A program made the position numbers and the translations under genes. The notes beneath the pieces were generated by a model. It made no database searches. It was not told the origin of the DNA and saw only the letters and a program-made list of their open reading frames with translations. 32,000 nucleotides of DNA, from positions 135,680 through 167,679 of the forward strand of contig NW_008806291.1 of NCBI RefSeq assembly GCF_000400465.1. Reading direction: 5' to 3'. This DNA is from Wallemia ichthyophaga EXF-994 (Eukaryota; Fungi; Basidiomycota). Positions 11,873-20,685 of the stretch are shown piece by piece; the first letter of the stretch is position 1; each line of letters opens with the position of its first letter.

Positions 11873-13786
11873 ATGCCTGTGAATCAGGTGCGCTTTAGTT
11901 TTTAAACCTGAATTCTATTAACTTTAAACTAAAGCAAGAGCTCTCAATTTTAGAATCCTTAGTCAAGTTAGTTTGTGTGTGAGTGTGTGGCCACTTGCTA
12001 ACTTCCGTTATAGCATCCGAAACCGCCTGACAGCTTTAAAGAAGGATAGGAAGGATTACATCAAATCTTCAGATGTACAATCAATTTACTCTCAAGTTAT
12101 AAAGCTAATTTCAAAGTTAAATGATGCAAGAGAAGACGTTGATCTATCAACAGCTACTCCAAATAGAGTTGATACTACGCTAGATGACGTTATTCAATTA
12201 TTATCTTTATTCTTCTTAACGATTGGTAAAAACAAAGAAAGTCCTGCAACTTACTGTCAATTAGCAACTATACGTCAATTACTGTCTCATCTCGATGAGT
12301 CTGGTGTCTACACACAAAATGACTTACAACCATTTCAAAATAGACTTAGCCAACTTAGCCAGATTATCAATAAAGATAGAGAAATCGGTAAACACCCAGA
12401 TCAAATGACAAAATTTCTTTTGAGAAGGCTAGAAGACTGTGAACGCATTTACAGAAACTTGGTCACCTCTTTAAGCGTTTTAGACGTTGAGCTAGTTCCC
12501 ATCCATCAACGTTTAGTCACAATTCGTCGTCAATTAGCTGCTATCGTTAGCAAAGACAACCCTCCTCAGAAGCACGAAATTAAACCTCTGCTCGAAGAAT
12601 TACGTAAAATTGACAGCAAAAGACAAGATGGTAAATTCTTAGGCCCAGGTGGCTCATCCGTCCCACCCGGTCAAGCCATTCTTGTCGGTTTACTCGAAGA
12701 ATGCTTCGAAATCGTTCAAGATGTTAACGCTAGAAGAGATGACGTCGCTATACCACTTAAACCTATATTTGACAGACTGACGGAAATCAGAATGCAATTA
12801 GAAAGGTTGGTCCTAACTCACAGATGGACTTTGCGAGAGACCGACCTTTGGAATTATCAATTAAGCTTGCAAGAGATTGACAAAATGAGAATAGATGGAA
12901 AATGGGTTGACAGTGATGGCAATCGTGAGTTCTAGCTACTTGGTTACCATGACATCGTACTAACAATCGTCAACAGAACCAGGTGGTCAATTCGTTCGTT
13001 TTGCTTTAATAGTCCAAAATATTACCCTAATAATTACCTCAGGCCCTTCTCTACCTTCTCCGCCGCTGTCATGGTCTGCTGTACAGACTGATCTCTTCAA
13101 GTGAACCTATCTCCGAAGAACTCATGCCTATATCCAACAAGCTACTCACTGTCAAGAAGTGTTTAAATGAAGTTCTCAAGCATGGCAATGACTTTACTCC
13201 AAGAGATCTTTATCCAGTGAGTACCTGCCCACTTGCTCAATATCCACCTAAATGCCTCTAGTATCACCTCGCACTCTACCAAATCGACAACCTCCGTAAA
13301 GATGGCAAATTCTACTCTGACGACGGAAGTGTTCCAGAAGGTGCGTACTAGGATAGCATACCTCATCCCATGCTCATACTTCAACACACAGGTCAAGCGA
13401 TAGTCTCTGCCCATCTAGAAGAATGTCATGCTTTGATTGAGCAAATGCAAGAAGGCATAAACTCATCTGATGACGATGAAGACGATGAAGAGGAGGATGA
13501 CGACAACTCTGAAGAAATCTTAGAAGATGGATTAAAACCTGCACAACCTTTCCCAACTCACTCACCCGTCCCTCCATCTGTCACACTCGCTCCGCCTACT
13601 TCCACACTCGCAAGTCTCGCAATAAGAAGCAACGATAGCGGCTCAACCGCAAGCAATGCCTCATCATCAGCCGTACCGCCTGTGAACATTCCAAGTGGTA
13701 CAACCCACACTACTTCAATGGATAGATCTGAGTCTACCTCTACTTCACTCGACACTGCAACTGCATCTCAACCAGATCAGCAGTGA
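11873..13786 (+). CDS. Conserved fungal protein, DUF2408/UPF0662 (YPL260W-like), multi-exon
   Basis: Spliced start MPVNQ|QELSILESLVN|IRNRLTALKKDRKDYIKSSDV; repeated HQRLVTIRR / LTHRWTLRETDL blocks; family assignment from recall. Confidence 0.65.
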
Positions 13787-14314
13787 GTTTTATTGTCTTG
13801 ATTACAAACGATGCATTATTATTATATCTGTTATCCAAGGCTATCTGCTAAAGTGTAGCCACCCAACGAGCTCTCTCACCCACTAAAAGCCTGCATTATA
13901 TAAAAATCGTAGTCAAGGGGAATATTTGGACAATAATGATGTGATTTGCAGAAACTAGGTGTGCAAAAAGGCGATGGTGATTGTAGTCTGTTTAGCACTT
14001 TGAATCACTCTGTATCACTCTGTAAACTTTAAACTATATCTGGCATGTTTTAGGGAGTGTGAATTTGTTTTTATAATTACACATTTGATTATCCTGACTT
14101 TGGCAATGTCATTGCAACTTTCATCACCCCTTCACTCCATTTATTTGAAATCTCGAAATGCACTGGTCAGAAGCCAAACCCCATGTTTCATAGTTGGGCT
14201 GACCCCCCCACTTTTCTTTGCGTCATTTGTATTTAGTAGGTATGCAATAGTTCGGAATGACAGTTTTTTTTCCTGGAGCCAGCATTAAGCCCTGTGGACG
14301 CTAATTGTCTGTGA

Positions 14315-14668
14315 ACTGCCTCGTCTTGGTGGTTGAGGTTAGATAAACCAAGTGATGATAGGAAGCTTACTAGGAGTATCACTCAAAGGGAACTTTAAAC
14401 AGACTGCCAGGTATTGTTGAAGGTCAGTGAGAGTCGAAAGAGTAATGATAGAGCTTACTGGGAGTTGTGCAGACTATTTACAGTGAAAGGCTTATACCCG
14501 CCTTACTATAGCCACCAAGACGTTTTACCGCAAGGAAAAGAGGAAGGGATTGTGGGCTGCTTAAATACTGCAGCGACGGACGAGAAGCACTTGACTCGCG
14601 CCTTGTGTTTGTTTTGTCTCACGAATCCCGGCTTCCCTCGTTCCTATTTACGCCGCTAACGGCGTACA
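14315..14668 (+). repeat. Copy 1 of a 354-bp structured non-coding repeat (candidate non-autonomous mobile element or ncRNA)
   Basis: Reverse complement of 18199-18552 with 3 substitutions (at 14381, 14406, 14412); many hairpins. Strand chosen from G.U pairs and GNRA loops. Confidence 0.95.
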
Positions 14669-15128
14669 AACAGTTATTCAATGGCTGTGACTGGTGATAT
14701 CAGCGAAAATCACGTAGCTCGATACTACGTTTATGGTGAATATAGAGGTATATCGGTGTGATTCAGCAGCTTTGAAGATTTAGATGTTGGTATTATGCAA
14801 ATTTCCGACCATTTGCGGTTTGAGTTGAGCAGATCAATTTGATAGGGAGATGAATAAGATCGAGAGCAGTGTAGATATTCAGTAGGACACTCAAGCCACC
14901 CTTACTTGGTTATTTGCAGGGTGCCTTGAGAAAAATTAATCGAATCAAATGACTCATACGGCTGCAATCATTTGATCGTACTAGGAGAGCAATTCAAAGC
15001 GCCCTTTCATCTATAAACACATCCTGAAGTCATCAGATATGCAGAGACCAGCCCCAGATTGAGCTTTCGTATAGTTTGACGAAAAAATGGCTTCATTAAT
15101 ATATCTATAAAGTTAAACTACAAGTATT

Positions 15129-16605
15129 TTAATACAAGGGGAAATTACTGTTTATTTCGCTATACCTTGCCAGTCCACCTTGAACATTCTTAACATTGAG
15201 TTGATTTTTTTTGAGGAGGGCATCAGTGGCTATCTGCGAGTCGTTTCCACGGCGACAAAAAACATAAGCAGTGTCGTTCTTGTTCACTTGGACCTGTGAA
15301 GGATCTTTGAGTAGGTCGGTTATAGGTAAATCTTTGGCAAGTTGTGAGATCATACATCTGCAGATAAAATATCACTCACTAATTGATCCATCGATGTGAC
15401 ATATGCCGTATTCAACAGCAGATCGTGTATCGAGTACGAGGTCATTATTCTTGCGTGACGCCATGAAATCCTATTCAAGATGAGCTTTGCGATGCCTATA
15501 TAGTTTCAAATCCAACGCACCTCTACGCTTATCTCATTGTTTTTGCTGAGATTCATGTCTACACCACATGAACCAGCGCCGGTGAAGGTGAGATAATCAA
15601 TATCCTCGACATTCTCCAAACGCTCTTCATCATCATCGCCGTTAGCAAAACAATTCTTCTTTCTGCCTCTCATCTTCATTGTTCTGAAAGGAGCAGGAGC
15701 GAGCGCTGAGTAAATTGTCATTGCACTTTCACCGCTGTGCATGCCAAGAAGAACTTTGATACATTCAGTAGCCTGTAATGTACCGAGCGTACCAGTAACG
15801 ACACCTAGAATACCATCATCAGCACAGCTAGTTACAGTTTGTACTGGTGGTGGTCGCGGAATGATACATCTGTAACATGGAGCATCGTCACTGTAACAGA
15901 GAGTAATGATTTGACCGTTGAAGCCAGTTGCAGCGGCACTGATGAGTGTTGCACGTTTGTTAGATCTATTGTGTATGACTACACTATCGGAGACGAGATA
16001 ACGAGTTGAAGGGTTATCAGTACAGTCTAAGACAACATCTGGCTGGATGGAGTGAAGGAGAGATTGGGCATTGGTTGAGTTAAAGGATTCTAAGACTGGG
16101 ACTACTTTTACATTTGGGTTGATGTAACCTGCAGCTTGATTGATAGATTGTGCCTTATGCATACCAATCTTCACGTCAGAATGCAGAATCTGGCGTTGGA
16201 GGTTGCTGATTTCGACAGTATCACCATCTATAACAGTAATAGTCCCTTTTATTGATTAGATTTGATATTGTAGAAGCGAAGCGAGAAGACACACCGACGC
16301 CGGTAGCAACGAGATACTGGGCAGCGGGACATCCAAGACCACCAGCACCAACGATGACGACAGAAGCATTCTTGAGTTTCAATTGGCCTGTGAGATAGAG
16401 TGAGCGAGTGAGGAATAAGTAGGGCTGCAAACTGACCAGGTAAGCCGATGCCATCAAGTACCATATGGCGGCCGTATCTCTTGTATTCATCGAGCGATAA
16501 GCCATTGACATCATTATTTGGAGATTTATCTTCTCGCTGTAATTTAAGCTCAAGCTCCCGCAAATGCTGGCGAACATGTGTGATCTGCTCGTTTATAGAG
16601 GACAT
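15129..16605 (-). CDS. UBA4: Adenylyltransferase/sulfurtransferase Uba4/MOCS3 (ThiF plus rhodanese), multi-exon
   Basis: [21 protein letters not shown]; [14 protein letters not shown]; PCYRC; SCADDGILG; rhodanese CRRGNDSQ. Confidence 0.92.
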
Positions 16606-16712
16606 GAAGGTGAGAGAGTAAGAAGGAATTGGAAATAATTTTATTTGTTTGGAATGTTTGGTGCTATGTAGCTGCTATCGTATCCAGCCAGCGTACGGTC
16701 AAGAAGAAAGAT

Positions 16713-17769
16713 ATGGCCGGTGTTAGCGATATAATTTCGAATATACTTGGGTGGTCATACGTGACTTGCTGGTGTATTTCATTTTATCCGCAACTGGTTT
16801 TAAATTATAAACGCAAACGGTGAGCAATGGAGGCTTATCAAGAATCGTAGAGTTGATGCGTGATTAGAGTGGATGGCGTGAGCATAGATTTCTTATATCT
16901 TGTGAGGAGGATGCAAGTATGGCGCTTTAAACTAAACCTCGAGTAGAACGTACTTGGATTTCTTTGCTTGACAATCTACAATCTGTCATTCCTATACTCT
17001 GAAACAATAAAAAGGGAGTATAGAAGCAGGCACAATGGAAACGACTCGACTGTACAGTTCAATGACGCGTTATTCTCAGTTCACGCTTTAGTAATGTGCA
17101 TCATTGGCGTTATTCAATCCGTTATCTATCCGAGAAGTAAATCACAGAAGAGCGTGAGTTTAACTTCAGGGACGACGATTTGGATAGTGATTGAAGGATT
17201 TTTCATAATCTCGCTATTTGTCTATCTCGGATGGTGGGGACTAGAATTGATTGATATGATGTACGCCATCTCTGCGGTGAAAATCTTCTTGACATGGCTC
17301 AAGTATGCACCACAAGTAAGTATTAGGATTATTTTAACCAAACTGACAAGTCGAAGATGCTACACAATTATCGAAGAAAGTCCACAGTCGGATTTTCAAT
17401 ACTGAATATACTATTTGTGAGTCTAGGGAGTATTATAAATGGGAGAATATAACTGAAGGAGAATGACAAAGGATTTTGCAGGAGGATTGCTTAGTTTATC
17501 ACAATTGATATTTGACTCAGTTGTGTCTGAAGATTTAAGTGGAATAACGGGAAACCCAGTCAAGTTGTAAGTGATGATGTTTAGTGAATGATAGCACTTA
17601 CGAATAATTAAACAGAGCGTTATCAGTTGTAACGCTTGGCTTTGACTTTGGGTTCATTGTTCAGCACTATTACTTATATAGAGGGAATGAAGGGAGTGAG
17701 GATGATGATGATGATGACGCAACACGATTTAATCAATCAAGAGATGAAGAGAGTCGAGGATTCTTGTAA
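16713..17769 (+). CDS. ERS1: Cystinosin/Ers1 PQ-loop vacuolar cystine transporter, multi-exon
   Basis: [24 protein letters not shown]|SVDG..; second PQ loop KYAPQ|[15 protein letters not shown]; last exon [13 protein letters not shown], stop TAA 17767-17769. Confidence 0.88.
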
Positions 17770-17807
17770 CTAAGAGAATCAATACCCTTTGTGATGTAAC
17801 CACCGAA

Positions 17808-18119
17808 ATGGCTGATAAGAAAAAGGCCGATTCGAATGAGATCAGAGGTGAAATGAGCGAATCAACGCCACTTTTAGAAGATGATAGACATGTTAAATTC
17901 AATACTAGAATAAGGATAAACAGGAATACGACGGCATCAACTACGAGCTCAGTTTCAGCGTCGCTGAGATCAAATTCAAGCAATCAACGCTACTCAAACT
18001 CATTCATGAGCATAACGCCTTTACCTGACCCATATGATAATAGTCCATCGAGTAGTGAATACATTTGGGATAGCATCGTTGAGTTTTTTTGCGGAAATTG
18101 TTGTCAAAGTTTGAATTAG
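17808..18119 (+). CDS. Small orphan ORF (103 aa), possibly a vacuolar/membrane-anchored protein
   Basis: ATG-initiated ORF with an ESTPLL dileucine-like motif and a C-terminal FFCGNCC Cys cluster; no family recognised. Confidence 0.35.
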   Translation: MADKKKADSNEIRGEMSESTPLLEDDRHVKFNTRIRINRNTTASTTSSVSASLRSNSSNQRYSNSFMSITPLPDPYDNSPSSSEYIWDSIVEFFCGNCCQSLN

Positions 18120-18198
18120 TTGAATAACTAGGGGTTATAGAGATCTCTAAGGATCATTTATATTCTTCTTCATAGATAACAGAAATCTAATGACTGTG

Positions 18199-18552
18199 TG
18201 TACGCCGTTAGCGGCGTAAATAGGAACGAGGGAAGCCGGGATTCGTGAGACAAAACAAACACAAGGCGCGAGTCAAGTGCTTCTCGTCCGTCGCTGCAGT
18301 ATTTAAGCAGCCCACAATCCCTTCCTCTTTTCCTTGCGGTAAAACGTCTTGGTGGCTATAGTAAGGCGGGTATAAGCCTTTCACTGTAAATAGTCTGCAC
18401 AACTCCCAGTAAGCTCTATCATTACTCTTTCGACTCTCACTGACCTTCAACAATGCCTGGAAGTCTGTTTAAAGTTCCCTTTGAGCGATACTCCTAGTAA
18501 GCTTCCTATCATCACTTGGTTTATCTAACCTCAACCACCAAGACGAGGCAGT
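18199..18552 (-). repeat. Copy 2 of the 354-bp structured non-coding repeat, inverted relative to copy 1
   Basis: 351/354 identity to 14315-14668 by manual alignment; its edge lies 6 nt before the WDR70 ATG. Confidence 0.95.
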
Positions 18553-18558
18553 CCGCAA

Positions 18559-20685
18559 ATGGATGATGAAATGGCCCGATTGATGGGATTTAGTGGATTC
18601 GGTAAGAAGGATAAAGAGCAGAAGTCAGCGATTAATCAAAGATTACAATATTCTAAAAGGGTTTGTCTGTTTCTTGATTTATTGAAGTGCACTAATATTC
18701 GCGTTACAAGGATGATAATGAACCTATAATAAAAAACACTGATGAAAATGATCAGCAACCTCCTCAACAGCCTTCTCAATCACAGTATAATTCTCTTGCC
18801 CCTCCCGCTGATGATGAACATAAGCCTGACATTGTAAACTTGGAAAAGACTCAAAAGACTCAAAAGACTCAACCTCAGCAACCCATAAAGCCCCCAGAAC
18901 CCTCTCAAGATGAAGAATACGAAGCTGATCGTGATGAAATCCCTTGTTCGCATGAAATCATCCTTCAGGATCATACAAAGGTTAGTTTTTACTCGCATTT
19001 ACAACAGTCATATAAATACAAATTACAGGCTGCGACTGCTCTCGATCTAGATCCATCCGGTAGTCGTCTTGTCACCGGTTCTCATGATTACGATATCAAA
19101 TTATGGGATTTCGCAGCAATGAATAGTACTTTGAGACCTTTCAAGTCTTTTGAAGGGTGTGAGACTAATCATGTAAGCTGCTTGTTCAATCACCCAAGGC
19201 ATTCTAACATGACTTCAAGATACATGACCTCAAGTATAGTATAAATGGTGACTCAATCCTTGCAGCATCTGGGCAAGCTATCGTGAGACTATTTACCCGT
19301 GACGGTGATGAGATATACAAATGGTCAAAGGGCGATCAATACATTAAAGATCAACGTCAGACAAAGTTAGTGTTTTGCATTACTTGGCTATCGGAAGCTA
19401 ACAAAAGCTAATACCGCACTCAGAGGACACATTGCTGAAATCAACAACTGCGCTTGGCATCCATTCGATTATAACATCTTCATCACTTGCTCTGCAGATA
19501 GCACAGTACGGTATGTCTTAATGAAAAAACAAAGAGTACTCTCCTTACAAATGCTCAAATACTCAGAATCTGGGACGTTACAGAACCTCGTGAACAGAAA
19601 CATGTCCTTGTGTTTAAATCTAAAGAAAGAGGTACGAAAACAAAGGTGACTGCTTGCGCGTATAGTCCAGATGCCAAGTACATAGTAGCAGGTGTGTTTA
19701 ATTGCAAACAAAAGTATACAACTTAGCGTGTACAGTTGGTCTAGACGGTGCTATGCATCTTTGGTCAACGGCCGGGAACTACGCTCGACCTAACGCAACG
19801 AACGACGCTGCGCACAACAAAAACACCTGGACTAGCTCTGTAGGATTCACACACGACTCCAAGTATATCATCACTCGAGGCGGTGATGACACAGTGAAAT
19901 GTAGGTAGAAAACCACGTAACGATAAATGGAAACTAATCAAAGCAAACCAGTGTGGGATGTGAAAAACATCAAGCGACCATTAAGTGTAGCTAGCAATCT
20001 TCCTTCCCTTTATCAAGAGGTGAATGCTGCTATATCACCTGATGGCAAGTACATAATGACCGGTGTGGCTGGAGAGCGAGGAGCAACCAAGGCCTCAGTC
20101 GTAGTTTTATCACGAAGCGACCTCTCAGAAGTACGTCGTATACCAGTCGGCAAAGACAGAGGAGGGTGCGTGATAAGAACGCTATGGCACTCGCGCATCA
20201 ATCAAATAATAGCAACACATTCAAATGGCAGCGCATACGTCCTTTACGACCCAATGACATCTGTCCGAGGTGCCCTAATGCCTTTGGGGAGAGCACCAAA
20301 GCGTGCGCGTGATGTAGAAGAGGTCCTCGCAAGCACTGACCCAGATCGCGATTTAAGAGTACCGATCATTACGCCAGATGCCATGGAAGAGGATGAGCGG
20401 ACCAAGAAGCGTATGCGCGCCAAGAAGGAGTCTGATGCTCGTAAACCACAGCCACCGCTGGTGGGCGCAGGCAGAGGAGGCAGAGTGGGGAGTAGTGCGA
20501 CACAAGCAACTGTCCAGAGACTGTTTGGTGAGAGTACATTGGGACAGGATCCACGTGAGGAGCTTCTCAAGTATGCCCATGTCGATAAGGACCCGACGTG
20601 GACAGCTGCTTGGAAGGATACAGGGAAGGTATATGATGACAAGACAGAGGAGGTAGACAAGGACAAGAAGAAAGAGAAGGAGTAG
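18559..20685 (+). CDS. WDR70: WD40 protein WDR70/GAD-1-like, multi-exon
   Basis: Start MDDEMARLMGFSGFGKK; LDPSGSRLVTGSHDYDIKLWDFAAM; C-terminal GAGRGGRVG..DPREELLKYA. Confidence 0.85.

Noticed and set aside
14351-14366. U3 or other C/D snoRNA (GTGATGATAGGAAGC resembles a C' box region)
   Set aside because: No box A/A' sequence and no CTGA D box on that strand of the repeat.
14405-14540. Group I intron core (CAGACTA, possible P3 and P4, GNRA L9)
   Set aside because: The putative P7 would be GACUA/UAGCC, with mismatches around the G-binding site. There is no AAGAUA J8/7, no clear terminal G, and neither copy interrupts a gene in that sense. Not fully excluded without a covariance-model search.
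14419-14640. RNase P/MRP RNA (TGAAGGTCAGTG is CR-I-like; GAATCCCGGCTT is bacterial CR-V-like)
   Set aside because: The two motifs are not complementary to each other, so the P4 pseudoknot cannot form with the correct spacing.
14414-14659. Identical 81-aa ORF in both repeat copies (also 18208-18453)
   Set aside because: TTG start, no recognisable domain, and it lies over densely paired RNA structure. Its identity is simply a result of the DNA duplication.
14317-14668. Solo LTR (TG..CA ends), SINE or Helitron
   Set aside because: No 4-6 bp target-site duplication in either copy, only weak Pol III A/B boxes and no tail, and no CTRR end after the terminal hairpin.
18846-18872. Short tandem repeats (AAGACTCAA x3; also TG runs ~2158-2180, GAT runs ~17701 and TA runs ~28089)
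   Set aside because: Ordinary microsatellites or low-complexity coding repeats. There is no repeat-spacer array, so nothing CRISPR-like.
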